Shown: positions 29,281 to 38,579 of the stretch, piece by piece
How positions within the stretch are numbered: the first letter of the stretch is position 1
How the letters are laid out: the number at the start of each line of letters is the position of its first letter
IMG/VR virus record: IMGVR_UViG_3300032316_001438
Origin: an uncultured virus (IMG/VR IMGVR_UViG_3300032316_001438)
Taxonomy: Duplodnaviria > Heunggongvirae > Uroviricota > Caudoviricetes
Length of the DNA: 64,000 bases
Strand: one strand, 5' to 3'
Notes under the pieces: generated by a model
What the model saw: the letters and a program-made list of their open reading frames with translations, nothing else
Database searches by the model: none
What the model was told of the DNA's origin: nothing
Position numbers and translations under genes: made by a program

Positions 29281-29640
29281 TTAAGGGTATGTGATTTGGA
29301 GGGTAGTGTCGAAGTAGTATTCGATGTATTCGCTGGAGCTGTCGCTCTCCTGACTCTCTTGGTTGGAGAACTTGATATCTTTAATGGTGATGGTGATGCC
29401 GTTGAGTGCAAGTTTCTTTCCTTTCAGAGTAAGAGGTCTGTTGGTTGAGAAACGTGGGCTTCTGCCGTCCTTCACTTCTTCGGTGAAGCAGAGTCTTATT
29501 GTGAGTGAGCTAACCTTGTCTTTAAGGTTGGGCGCGAGATCAAAAATTTGTCTTGGCACCTCACCAATTAGATCAAGGATCAGCGTGCGCAAGGCTGATT
29601 GATATTGATTGAAGTCATGTGTCGGGGTTGCTTTTTCCAT
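29281..29640 (-). CDS. Hypothetical protein
   Basis: Start MEKATP avoids overlap with the upstream ORF. Confidence 0.65.
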   Translation of the reverse strand: MEKATPTHDFNQYQSALRTLILDLIGEVPRQIFDLAPNLKDKVSSLTIRLCFTEEVKDGRSPRFSTNRPLTLKGKKLALNGITITIKDIKFSNQESQESDSSSEYIEYYFDTTLQITYP

Positions 29641-29644
29641 AAGG

Positions 29645-29863
29645 CTAAAAGACGTGTTTACAAACGTGTACTCCAGATATCTTGATAGACCGTCCGTTGT
29701 CAAGTCTTCTAACGTTGACAGTATGTATCCCTTTGGAATAAGGGAGTATGTTATCACAAAGCGGAAAGGACTCAACGATACCCCTAGCTCCGCTAGGCAG
29801 TTCCACAACTTCGCCAAGAGCTGGAAGTTTAGAGTGGTGGTAGTTCTGGCGTGTAGCAAACAT
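29645..29863 (-). CDS. Small hypothetical protein
   Basis: 72 aa, ATG start, tiles with neighbours. Confidence 0.6.
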   Translation of the reverse strand: MFATRQNYHHSKLPALGEVVELPSGARGIVESFPLCDNILPYSKGIHTVNVRRLDNGRSIKISGVHVCKHVF

Positions 29864-29908
29864 GGGTTGGTAGATTAGAGTGATGGAAAATGATTTAGAA
29901 TAAAATCA

Positions 29909-29937
29909 AAGCGAGCCTCATTGATTGAGGCTCGCTT
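29909..29937 (-). terminator. Hairpin after second ssb
   Basis: AAGCGAGCCTCA-TTGAT-TGAGGCTCGCTT. Confidence 0.7.
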
Positions 29938-29947
29938 GAATGAGTTA

Positions 29948-30379
29948 CTAAAAAGGTAGGTCGTCTGTTCCGTTATCCACAGGGGCATCCTGTTGTGATG
30001 GCGCAGGTGCGTTGCCATTTGTTGGCGCTCCTACTGATGGCGTTGACTGCTTGTTTCCGATCAATGTCAAATTGTCGCCAACCACCTCGGTTGTATAGCG
30101 GGTTACATTGTCTTTTTCCCAACTGCGTGTGCGCAGCTTTCCTTCGATATACACCTGATCGCCTTTGCGCAAATACTTGGCCGCAATGTCGGCCAATCCA
30201 CGCCAAAGAACTACGTTATGCCATTCTGTGATTTCCTTGCGCTCGCCAGTGGTCTTGTCTTTATAAGTTTCTGAGGTGACCATTGAAAAATTGGCCACTG
30301 TGGCGCCACTATCCAAATTGCGTACTTCGGGATCCTTCCCTAATCTGCCTACTAAAATTACTTTGTTTACTCCTGCCAT
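29948..30379 (-). CDS. ssb: Single-stranded DNA-binding protein (acidic DDLPF tail)
   Basis: Canonical SSB OB fold and C-terminal DDLPF. Confidence 0.97.
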   Translation of the reverse strand: MAGVNKVILVGRLGKDPEVRNLDSGATVANFSMVTSETYKDKTTGERKEITEWHNVVLWRGLADIAAKYLRKGDQVYIEGKLRTRSWEKDNVTRYTTEVVGDNLTLIGNKQSTPSVGAPTNGNAPAPSQQDAPVDNGTDDLPF

Positions 30380-30479
30380 ACTGTTTGTTGTTTAAGTGAA
30401 AAAATTATTAAAGAATAAATACGAATTGATACTTACAAAATTACGCAGCCACACAAACCCGACCGTCCCCGAGAAAAAT

Positions 30480-30806
30480 TCAAAACAAGATTTCCTCTAA
30501 AAACATAGGTTCAACTTTAACGTAGCTGCTCGGGTGTGACCAGCACCTTAGCTTGGCATCCCAAACAGGCTCATGGTGGCAAAGCTGCATGGAGGCGAAA
30601 AGTTCAAAGTTATCTTTAAGCCACTCGATACTAACCCCTAGATGAAAGCTGAGTTTCCCTTTATGAATGTGAGCTAAAGCCCACGCTTCCTCCGGCTCCT
30701 GGAAGTGGGTGGCAAAAAATCCAAAGCAAAGGTTATGCAAAATCCGATGGGTGGTGAGTGAATCGGTCTTGAATACTTGGGCGATGGTTTCTCTGTTTGC
30801 TTCCAT
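30480..30806 (-). CDS. Hypothetical protein
   Basis: 108-aa co-oriented ORF. Confidence 0.65.
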   Translation of the reverse strand: MEANRETIAQVFKTDSLTTHRILHNLCFGFFATHFQEPEEAWALAHIHKGKLSFHLGVSIEWLKDNFELFASMQLCHHEPVWDAKLRCWSHPSSYVKVEPMFLEEILF

Positions 30807-30861
30807 AATAAAGAGTTTCGTTGTGGGTTTTTAAAAGATCGACAAAATAAACCAGCCTGTA

Positions 30862-31146
30862 CTATCTGTCTGTGTATAGTAATAATTCAGTTTGCGTAGC
30901 TGGCGTTAAAACGAATCCCATTTTGTTAAGGCTCTCTTCAGGGGAATATCCTTCAAAAATTTCAAAGAATCCTGGCACTGTTCGTTCAATAGAGCGTATA
31001 GTTTCAATAAAGCAATCAATGGTAGTGCCCATGTAGGTATCACTAATCGAATTATATACCAATGTTAAAATGAAGGAGTTATATTCATCGAGCCTCACAA
31101 CAAAGATTTTATTTTTGTTCGGCTGCTTTATAATGGAGAAAGTCAT
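30862..31146 (-). CDS. Hypothetical protein
   Basis: 94-aa co-oriented ORF. Confidence 0.6.
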   Translation of the reverse strand: MTFSIIKQPNKNKIFVVRLDEYNSFILTLVYNSISDTYMGTTIDCFIETIRSIERTVPGFFEIFEGYSPEESLNKMGFVLTPATQTELLLYTDR

Positions 31147-31465
31147 TACTATTTCATTAAAAAAGTCAAAAATTAAACTGCCAAGCTGATCAAAAGCTAT
31201 TTACGCTTCTTGCGTTTCTCCCTGTTCCTTTAGCAAGTCTGCACATGTTTCTTCTTAGCGAAGTGCTGCTTGTATTCTGGATCGTCCTTGAACAGAAGCA
31301 TCCCAGAGGACGATACAAGTATCGTTGGTCGTTTGCCGTATCTTAGTTCTGTCGTCATATTAATATTCTTTTACAGGTTTAACAGGCTGTATCGGGACTT
31401 AATACCTAAGCGAGCGATCCACCAAGCTCGACCGTCCGAGGGTCGTTATCTTCTTGGCAAACCGA

Positions 31466-31804
31466 CTACGAATACCTTTTGGCTTCCAGCTCTCCGAGCA
31501 TCCAAATCAGGTCATCGAAGCTGTGCCACTCTTCGATAGGAGTTTCGATATCTTCTCCATCTGAGATGATGATGGACAAGCGAGGATTTGGCTCGTTTTG
31601 GGAATGAACTTCAATGCCTTTCAGATAGTGGTTTTCCCAATCCTGATCGCTGGTACGTGCACTTTGTTCTGTGAACAAGAACGTCCCTCTGGAGCTGTGT
31701 CTGAAAAAAGAGGTGATTGAATCACGAAGCTTCTGTGTTAGCTTATTATGACTAGCGTTGATCTGCTCGGCGGTTGCCTGTGATGTTCTTTTTGATTTTG
31801 CCAT
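31466..31804 (-). CDS. Hypothetical protein
   Basis: 112-aa co-oriented ORF. Confidence 0.7.
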   Translation of the reverse strand: MAKSKRTSQATAEQINASHNKLTQKLRDSITSFFRHSSRGTFLFTEQSARTSDQDWENHYLKGIEVHSQNEPNPRLSIIISDGEDIETPIEEWHSFDDLIWMLGELEAKRYS

Positions 31805-31844
31805 ATTCAGAATATTAGGTGTTAGTTAACTGTTGGTGAAAAGT

Positions 31845-32051
31845 TTAAAATCTGCAAGTCCGTTTAAAGTCCTTCATCATCAAGGCTGAATAGCAGGTGT
31901 ACCACTTAGAGGTATCTCTTCCTTTCTCGGCCTCCTCTGCTTCTATTGCAAGGAGGATTCCAAATTCACCTTCGGATAAATTAGGCATCTGGCTTTTAAG
32001 CTCGTTGACCCTTTCTTGTTTCTTGTCAACTGTGGAGTGTTTTGCGCTCAT
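31845..32051 (-). CDS. Small hypothetical protein
   Basis: 68 aa; motif copy 50 nt upstream. Confidence 0.7.
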   Translation of the reverse strand: MSAKHSTVDKKQERVNELKSQMPNLSEGEFGILLAIEAEEAEKGRDTSKWYTCYSALMMKDFKRTCRF

Positions 32052-32149
32052 AGATGAATAGTTGATTGACTTACGCTAAAGTTGTGACCAGTACCCAAGC
32101 CCGACCGTCCCTTGCTATTCCGCCAGGAGATCCAAAGTCGAGTATTTGT

Positions 32150-32623
32150 TTATATGGCTAGTGGCATCTCAATTTTCCGTTCCAGTAGTTTTTCCAAAAT
32201 TTCAGATTCGCTTTCGTAGACTTCTCCTTCGAAGGCGTAGACTCCGCTTTCGGTTTCTTCGTAACTTTCAAAGTCAGAACCATCAAGATCGGTTTCGATT
32301 AATACACCATCGTTGAAAGTGGCTCTCCCAAAAATTTGGCAGCCAAGCTCTTCGTAGTCGAGGGAACAATTGACTTTGTACTTTACGGCTATCTGGCGAA
32401 CAGTCTCAATGGCTGGTGACCACTTTGACCAAAAGTTGATTGAGTCTCTATTGACATCAATATCGAACATATAACGACACTCGTTGCCTTCCAAAAAGTC
32501 AGGCTTCTGGCCCTCACCCGTTTTACGGCAAGCCTCCTCCATTTTCTCAAAAAGGGAGATTACTTTTTTGAGCCTCTTTCCGTTTCCTGAGAAGATGAGA
32601 GTTTGTGAACAAATGTTTGCCAT
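32150..32623 (-). CDS. YubB/DUF1281 ferredoxin-like domain protein
   Basis: MANICSQ N-terminus, FWSKWSP and YEELGCQIFG pattern. Confidence 0.65.
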   Translation of the reverse strand: MANICSQTLIFSGNGKRLKKVISLFEKMEEACRKTGEGQKPDFLEGNECRYMFDIDVNRDSINFWSKWSPAIETVRQIAVKYKVNCSLDYEELGCQIFGRATFNDGVLIETDLDGSDFESYEETESGVYAFEGEVYESESEILEKLLERKIEMPLAI

Positions 32624-32766
32624 AGGTTGAAAGTTTAGTTGAGATGAATTGCTGTTACGAGAAGGTAGACGTCAGTAATGCAGCTAAACCCGACCGTCCC
32701 ACGCCTGAAAAAATGCAAAGGGAAAAATTCTCTGCCGACGATCCCAGAACTAGCCCATGCTACAGC

Positions 32767-33105
32767 TCATAGTGATAGTCTAGTCAAGGCCTTGGCCTTG
32801 GTCTTAGACTTGATCGCGGTCTTGCCCGATTCGATGCGAGAGTCAATGAGTGGGTCTACTACTGCTACCCTCTTTCCGGATTTCACTAAAAGTGGCAGGT
32901 AGGAGTCTAGGCTCAGCGAAGGGAACCATGAGAGCTGCGTCTGGTCTGGCTTCTTGCTGAGTATGGTGCCGCACAGCTCTGAGAGGGTGACCGCATCATG
33001 ATCGAAGGCTTCATAGAAGTCTCCTACTCTGAATAAGATCACGGCATCCTGATAGCGAGCCTTTATGTGATCGTACTGTTTTTTCAGTGGGCTGTTTTTG
33101 AGCAT
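32767..33105 (-). CDS. Stand-alone MutS domain I protein
   Basis: PLKKQYDHIKARYQDAVILFRVGDFYEAFDHDA...YLPLLVKSGKRVAVVD. Confidence 0.9.
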   Translation of the reverse strand: MLKNSPLKKQYDHIKARYQDAVILFRVGDFYEAFDHDAVTLSELCGTILSKKPDQTQLSWFPSLSLDSYLPLLVKSGKRVAVVDPLIDSRIESGKTAIKSKTKAKALTRLSL

Positions 33106-33129
33106 GGCGTTATTGGGATACGAGAGTTT

Positions 33130-33630
33130 TTAGACAAGTGTCTTTCTTTCGTCCAAGAGTCCCATTTTCCAATGTTCATCATCGTATTCGAAATAGAGCG
33201 TGTCGCCATCTAGTCTAGCTGGAAGGATCACATAGTCCTCCCTGTCGTATTCTTCCGCCATGTCTCCCTTCTTCACGGCCTCCTTCACACCATCAAGCAT
33301 GTCCTGTATTTCGGCCTCGGCTTCGGCCTCGCTCTGGAAGGTCATGATGTTATCGCCTTCCCTCCAGCTTACTTCAAGATGACCACCTAAGCAGATTTCA
33401 CCGACAATGAAAACGGCCTGACTGTCTGTGATCACTCGCGTCCGGGTGTCCTCAACCCATTCCTTTATTTCTTTAGCGACCTCCTCGAAGCTCACCTTGA
33501 AAGGGTATAGCCTGTTTGGGGCTTGCGCTATCTTGTCGTCATCAATTGCTACCCATGCGGCAGCAAGGTCAGATGATGCCTTTTTGAACGCTTCGAGTTT
33601 ATTGATAAAATCCTGTGTTTCTGGTTTCAT
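33130..33630 (-). CDS. Acidic hypothetical protein
   Basis: 166 aa, D/E-rich. Confidence 0.75.
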   Translation of the reverse strand: MKPETQDFINKLEAFKKASSDLAAAWVAIDDDKIAQAPNRLYPFKVSFEEVAKEIKEWVEDTRTRVITDSQAVFIVGEICLGGHLEVSWREGDNIMTFQSEAEAEAEIQDMLDGVKEAVKKGDMAEEYDREDYVILPARLDGDTLYFEYDDEHWKMGLLDERKTLV

Positions 33631-33643
33631 GGTGTCGTATTTT

Positions 33644-33889
33644 TTATTTGGTGGCGATTATGGCTCGTACTTTTTCCCACGCTGTGTTAATGGCGCTTGA
33701 TGCTTGTGGGGTAGGAGCATCCCATGATATTCGTATCATCTCGAAGGCTGTGTCTACTTCGTTGGCAATGCGAATGGCATCAATGGCTTTATGGATAGCG
33801 GCATTGTGAGTCTCGCGCTCCTGTTTTGTATAGTGACTGTCACTCTCCGAAGCGAAGAGCGTTTCAAGATGTGCGATTGTTTTTCTCAT
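33644..33889 (-). CDS. Hypothetical protein
   Basis: Start MRKTIA; motif copy 50 nt upstream. Confidence 0.7.
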   Translation of the reverse strand: MRKTIAHLETLFASESDSHYTKQERETHNAAIHKAIDAIRIANEVDTAFEMIRISWDAPTPQASSAINTAWEKVRAIIATK

Positions 33890-33988
33890 GGTTAAGTGTT
33901 TTGATAAGAAGGACAAAGGACTTAGAATGAACATAACTCCGACCGCCCCAGATTTTAGATAAATGGACAGCCGTTGTAAGCCCTACTA

Positions 33989-34339
33989 TTAGAAGGGAAA
34001 TTCGGATTCAGAAACTCTACGGCCCGCTTTTTTCTCAAGAGCTTTCCACTCCTTTTTGATCTGATTGTAGCGTGCTTTTGCTTGCGCGATGCTTATCTCA
34101 CCATCACAGTTGAGGTTCTCTGGTGAGAGCCTGCAGCTAAGGTTTTTGAAAGCACCTACCAGTTCAGGTGACAATCCGAGATCAAAAGAATCATTAAGAG
34201 CCTTATGAATCTTAGGGTCTTGAGTGTTGTGTCGTGTTGCAAATTTGTTTTTTGCCCGTTGTCTTTCGATTTCCGTTATGACCCATATCTTCTTATCATT
34301 TGCCGATAGGCTGCTATAATCTACTTCGAGTGTATTCAT
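33989..34339 (-). CDS. Hypothetical protein
   Basis: 116 aa with LSPENLNCDGE segment. Confidence 0.75.
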   Translation of the reverse strand: MNTLEVDYSSLSANDKKIWVITEIERQRAKNKFATRHNTQDPKIHKALNDSFDLGLSPELVGAFKNLSCRLSPENLNCDGEISIAQAKARYNQIKKEWKALEKKAGRRVSESEFPF

Positions 34340-34357
34340 CGGAGGTAGGTGTTTGGT

Positions 34358-34684
34358 TTAAGCAATTTTTATAAGGTCAAGGTGTCCTCTATCATTATAG
34401 GCTATCTGAAACTTTTTGCTTTTCATCCATGATGGTAGCTTGTTGTTGTGAGCTTGCTGACGGTTGATGATATTGATAAGGTTTTCAGCGACTCTCACAT
34501 CCACGTTCTGTATCCAGATTTTCAAGTCTTTCCTGAAAGAGTCACGCCTTGAGTGGAAGCTCGGCAGCGCGAAGCCGCAAAAAATGTTCTCTGCAAGGAT
34601 TCTAAAATTCACTTCAGTAGAATCATGGAAGCAATGCAGGAAGGCGGTCTTTATTGTTTCGAAGTTTGGCTGCTCTTTTTTCAT
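34358..34684 (-). CDS. Hypothetical protein
   Basis: Start MKKEQP; motif copy upstream. Confidence 0.7.
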   Translation of the reverse strand: MKKEQPNFETIKTAFLHCFHDSTEVNFRILAENIFCGFALPSFHSRRDSFRKDLKIWIQNVDVRVAENLINIINRQQAHNNKLPSWMKSKKFQIAYNDRGHLDLIKIA

Positions 34685-34748
34685 AGCTAGATACTTGCAC
34701 AAACCAACGATTACCTAACTCCGACCGACCCAGGCCTGGAACCGGAAC

Positions 34749-34886
34749 TTAGAAGCTGGCCACAACAAAGTCAACAGCATCTTGCCACTCATTAAACTCT
34801 CCATAGATGACCCCATCGTGATCGCACTGTATTTTATCCCAAAATGGATTGTAGGCGAGGCGCCAACCTTTTATTATCACTATCAT
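34749..34886 (-). CDS. Small hypothetical protein (45 aa)
   Basis: MIVIIKGWRLAYNPFW...VASF by manual translation; fills the gap. Confidence 0.5.
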   Translation of the reverse strand: MIVIIKGWRLAYNPFWDKIQCDHDGVIYGEFNEWQDAVDFVVASF

Positions 34887-34909
34887 ATCAGAGAAAAATT
34901 TTTTTAGAC

Positions 34910-35314
34910 TTAGTTAGAATTAAAGCCCTTGGTGAAACGGTAGTCGGCCACAACTTTAGCATTAGACTTTTCGATGTAGGAGTCCATGAAGGAATCGAAG
35001 TCGGTGTTGTATCGATCATCGAAGCTACCATACTTAGAGGTGCTGACCTGTGCGTTAGCATCCTTGCTTACTGTGACACTGAATAGCTCTTCTGGCGTGG
35101 GGTGTCCGTGACCTTCCAAAACTAAGATCATAGGATTGAAGGCTTTGACGAATTTAATAGGGTTACGTTTTCCCTTAGGGATGAAGGATACGAAGGGCGC
35201 ATTTTTGTATTGCGCATACGGGCGCGAGCCATGCTCGATGAGTTTGCCCTCATGCTTTATGAAGTTTCCGAAAAATTCACTTTGGCGGTAGATGGTTACG
35301 AGCTGGTTTGACAT
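34910..35314 (-). CDS. Hypothetical protein
   Basis: 134 aa; motif copy upstream. Confidence 0.75.
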   Translation of the reverse strand: MSNQLVTIYRQSEFFGNFIKHEGKLIEHGSRPYAQYKNAPFVSFIPKGKRNPIKFVKAFNPMILVLEGHGHPTPEELFSVTVSKDANAQVSTSKYGSFDDRYNTDFDSFMDSYIEKSNAKVVADYRFTKGFNSN

Positions 35315-35417
35315 AGAAGATGCGATTTATGCTACTGCAGCTCTCAGCCACATGACAATGAAAGCCCGACCGTTCCAAGACCAGAAAATGCGCTTAGTTA
35401 TAAGGGATTATTTAACA

Positions 35418-35452
35418 ATACAGAGAATTGATAGCCCGATACAGAGAATTGA
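35418..35452. repeat. 14-bp direct repeat, 21-bp period
   Basis: ATACAGAGAATTGA at 35418 and 35439. Confidence 0.8.
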
Positions 35453-35595
35453 AATGCGATTGCGGTTAATCTATAGTGTTAGAATACAAGAAGATAGGAT
35501 CAACTACCTTTTTATGGAGAAAAAAGCTTCGTTTTAGAGAATAGCTTCAAAGAAAAGATTCAAAGAATATCTTAGTGGAGGCCATGGAATAAGTT

Positions 35596-35630
35596 TAGCT
35601 GAATAGATCTAGCTGAATAGATCTAGCTGA
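35596..35630. repeat. 14-bp tandem repeat (2.5 copies)
   Basis: TAGCTGAATAGATC x2.5 across the stop of the QLDLFS ORF. Confidence 0.85.
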
Positions 35631-35791
35631 TCGTTTTCCTTGTTAATTTCGGGCTGTGCGTTAGTTTGACATCCCCTTGGGTCGATACACTCACAGGAAA
35701 GAAAATAGCATGTAAAGCAATTTTGTGTAGACTCTGGATTGTTGCCAGAAGCACTGTTACCGGTGAGGAGGGGAGGGGTGGGGCTGTCCAT
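35609..35791 (-). CDS. Small Cys-rich protein with C-terminal QLDLF
   Basis: Start MDSPTP; CFTC...CEC...C. Confidence 0.5.
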   Translation of the reverse strand: MDSPTPPLLTGNSASGNNPESTQNCFTCYFLSCECIDPRGCQTNAQPEINKENDQLDLFS

Positions 35792-35837
35792 TGAGTTGTT
35801 TTGTGGTGGCAACATACAAAAAAGGATTATCCGTGCT

Positions 35838-36065
35838 TCAGAAAAATACTGTCTCGCCTTCCAGGAGCCGAACAAGGCGGTCCACATCACCCTGTTCTAG
35901 TTCGCTGTTGATCACAAGCTCTTCGTCCGAAAAGTGAGTTCCTTTCTTTCCGGATTTTCTGATTTTGAAATAACGGCCGTAGGAGCCATGCCTGACTAAT
36001 ACTAGCACGCACTTTTCAAAGCCTTTGCCGGTGCCTCTCAAGTTCATATATCCTAACGCCTGCAT
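35838..36065 (-). CDS. Small hypothetical protein
   Basis: 75-aa co-oriented ORF. Confidence 0.6.
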   Translation of the reverse strand: MQALGYMNLRGTGKGFEKCVLVLVRHGSYGRYFKIRKSGKKGTHFSDEELVINSELEQGDVDRLVRLLEGETVFF

Positions 36066-36073
36066 ATATACGA

Positions 36074-36271
36074 CTAGCTATACATTCGCTCTGGCTTATA
36101 AACATTCAGCTCTTCCCCGATTTGAACGGACCTCTGCCCATGATCTACCTCTGGCAATCCATCTACCTCCGCAATTAGCTCGCAGATTCCGCGAGCGTAT
36201 TCTGTGTTTGCCCCGTCTTGCAAAAGATTACGGGCGATGTCTTTCAAAGTTTCAACATTTACAGTCTTCAT
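36074..36271 (-). CDS. Small hypothetical protein
   Basis: 65 aa; NTEYARGICELIA segment. Confidence 0.7.
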   Translation of the reverse strand: MKTVNVETLKDIARNLLQDGANTEYARGICELIAEVDGLPEVDHGQRSVQIGEELNVYKPERMYS

Positions 36272-36284
36272 AATATTTTACTAG

Positions 36285-36524
36285 TTATTTAGCGATAATA
36301 TCTGAATGCCTTTCATGATAAACATCTTCATCAACGTAGATGTACTGTGGATTTGCCAACAGCGATTTGTAGTTGATCCTATCGTTTAGAGACCAGCCGG
36401 AAGGAAAAATGTAGCCTCTGTTCGCGGCCAAAGTGATGGCATTGTTTTTCCCGCTCATGGCCTTGGCCTGGCTCTGGGTGCAGAGAGGTGAGAAGGGAGA
36501 AATTAAGGAAGTGGAGTTGCTCAT
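36285..36524 (-). CDS. Small hypothetical protein
   Basis: 79-aa co-oriented ORF. Confidence 0.6.
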   Translation of the reverse strand: MSNSTSLISPFSPLCTQSQAKAMSGKNNAITLAANRGYIFPSGWSLNDRINYKSLLANPQYIYVDEDVYHERHSDIIAK

Positions 36525-36542
36525 AGGTGATTTTCCTAAGGG

Positions 36543-36779
36543 TTAAACAGCTTTCACACAATCAGGGTGACAGGCATCATAATGAAAGCCGCTTTCTGTC
36601 TGGACAGATACCCTGTCAAAGGATTCACCGGCATAGCCCGAGCAGATTTCGGTGACGGTTCCCTTTTCCCAATTGTCCTCTTTTGTTTTGTGGTTGCGGA
36701 CTAATAACAAAATATTCTGTCCTTTCTGGTATGTGGAGGTGTTGATGGTGTCAAGCATAGCTTTCAATTTTTTTTTCAA
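36543..36779 (-). CDS. Small hypothetical protein
   Basis: 78 aa, overlaps the upstream stop. Confidence 0.6.
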   Translation of the reverse strand: MKKKLKAMLDTINTSTYQKGQNILLLVRNHKTKEDNWEKGTVTEICSGYAGESFDRVSVQTESGFHYDACHPDCVKAV

Positions 36780-37018
36780 TTTTTTATTAAGTATGTACGG
36801 TCAATAGCGTTGCATTTGATGTCCAGATAATTGATGTAGAGGCTGTCGATCTTTCTGGTGATGGACACCTGACCTTTACGCAAGGCGGCAAAAGCGTTGG
36901 CATCGGCAATAACTTTATCGAAAAACGATTGAGGGTCTTTAGCCTTCGTGTTGAATGAGTTAGTTTGCACTTTCCCTTTAACGAAAAAGGAAACAGACAC
37001 AAGTATGGTTTTATTCAT
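36776..37018 (-). CDS. Small hypothetical protein
   Basis: 80-aa co-oriented ORF. Confidence 0.6.
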   Translation of the reverse strand: MNKTILVSVSFFVKGKVQTNSFNTKAKDPQSFFDKVIADANAFAALRKGQVSITRKIDSLYINYLDIKCNAIDRTYLIKN

Positions 37019-37027
37019 GGTTGCTAA

Positions 37028-37270
37028 TTAAAGTCTGTTTTGGCGCTGACGCATAGCTTCTTTGCTCCTACGAGCCCTGCGGTTGTTTGCAGTCCTGCGC
37101 TCAATGGTTTCGATTCTGGTCATTGCATCCATGTGCCGAGTAGTGAAAGGAAATACCGGCAGATCCTCCTCCACGATAAGTACATTTGTAGATTTTGCTT
37201 CAGAGAAGGGTGAGATTGCTGTGAGCCCTACTGCGGAGCAAGCGATAATAACGGTCTGAAAGTTTTTCAT
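37028..37270 (-). CDS. Small hypothetical protein, Arg-rich C-terminus
   Basis: 80-aa co-oriented ORF. Confidence 0.6.
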   Translation of the reverse strand: MKNFQTVIIACSAVGLTAISPFSEAKSTNVLIVEEDLPVFPFTTRHMDAMTRIETIERRTANNRRARRSKEAMRQRQNRL

Positions 37271-37308
37271 AGTAGTGAGTGTTTAGAAAGGGAGTTTAGA
37301 ATTGGTTT

Positions 37309-38579
37309 GTGACACTCTCCATCTAAACAATAAGTTATAGATGGAGCTTCTCAGGCCCACGGGTAACCCCGATTGTATCTCCTGATGGGAATGCCCTTCC
37401 CAGTATGTTATTAGCGGCTACATAATCTGCGTGCTTTGTATACCCGCAGCCCAAGCAAAGAAAAACAGCCTGTGTCTTTCTGTTTCCTTTTTCAGTATGA
37501 CCACAGCACGGACACTCTCTACTGGTGTTCTTTGGGTTCACTTTTACAAATGTGCGTCCATACCAGTCTGCTTTATAGATGAGCATACCAAAGAAGGAAT
37601 AACCAGCGACATCCATCAGGCTTCTATTCAATCCTGATTTCTGTTTCACCATCCTTCCCGGCTCTTCGAGTGTACCCTTAGCCGACTTGGTCATATTGCT
37701 AAACATCAGCTCCTCCGCTACGATAACTTGGTTTTCGTTTATCAAACGGGTGCTTAGTTTTTGCTGAAAGTCATTTCTTGAGTTCCTCTCTCTGAAATAT
37801 AGTTTTTGCAGTGAGATTACTTCGTTCTTTCTCCTGGCAGACCCTTTCTTCTTGCGGGCGATGCTGCGCTGTTTGATTTTTATCCTTTTTGCAAATGATT
37901 TTTTGATCTGAGGATTAGCAACAAATTCACCATCGGAAGTAACAATGTAGTTAGTTACTCCAATATCAATTCCAATCTTTCGATCATTCTTCCCCAGGTG
38001 GTAGACATCAACTTCGCCCATCAGCGATATAAACCAGCCAGTCGGTTCTTTTATAATCTTTCCTTGTTTTATAACAAATGTCGATAGATCGCGTTTTCCT
38101 GAGAAGAAAGAAAGCTCACCGAACTTAGGTAGGAATAATTTGTTTCCTCTCAACACAACACCCTGTGGAAAGGTAAAGGATCGGTATTCTCCCTTCTTAG
38201 CAAACTTTGGAAAGCCTTCACCACGGAAGAAGTTTTTATAACTGCGCTCAAGTCTAACTAAAGGATCTTGCACCACTTGAGAGTGAACAGATTTTATCCA
38301 AGGGTATTCCCCTGCCAGCTGCTTTACCTGAAGCTGTAGCTCTGATTTGCTGACGCTGACTTTTTTCTTTTGGTAAGCCTGAATGCGTGTATCGAGCGCT
38401 AAATTATAGATGAGCCTACACACACCAAGCCATTGGTCGAGCTTTACAGATTGCTCCCTTGTGGGTTTCAGTTTTAGCTTGTATGTTGTGATCCTTTTTG
38501 GCATTGTTAATTCTGATAATGGTGTCAATTCATCTCCCACTAAATGAAATTATAGAGGGAGAATTCTTGCAAATTATTG
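37309..38579 (-). mobile_element. IS200/IS605-family TnpB-only element (IS1341-like)
   Basis: Subterminal hairpins at both ends (CTCCC...GGGAG ~38528-38570; CTCCATCTA...TAGATGGAG ~37317-37346), right end GTCAC, TTTAA immediately 5' of left end; no tnpA. Confidence 0.8.
37335..38504 (-). CDS. tnpB: RNA-guided endonuclease TnpB
   Basis: YKLKLKPT HTH, RuvC IGIDIGV / VAEEL / HADYVAANNI, CPCC...CLGC zinc finger; start MPKRIT. Confidence 0.95.
   Translation of the reverse strand: MPKRITTYKLKLKPTREQSVKLDQWLGVCRLIYNLALDTRIQAYQKKKVSVSKSELQLQVKQLAGEYPWIKSVHSQVVQDPLVRLERSYKNFFRGEGFPKFAKKGEYRSFTFPQGVVLRGNKLFLPKFGELSFFSGKRDLSTFVIKQGKIIKEPTGWFISLMGEVDVYHLGKNDRKIGIDIGVTNYIVTSDGEFVANPQIKKSFAKRIKIKQRSIARKKKGSARRKNEVISLQKLYFRERNSRNDFQQKLSTRLINENQVIVAEELMFSNMTKSAKGTLEEPGRMVKQKSGLNRSLMDVAGYSFFGMLIYKADWYGRTFVKVNPKNTSRECPCCGHTEKGNRKTQAVFLCLGCGYTKHADYVAANNILGRAFPSGDTIGVTRGPEKLHL

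Noticed and set aside
29281..29859. 192-aa ORF as a single gene
   Set aside because: Better tiled as 29645-29863 plus 29281-29640 with ATG starts
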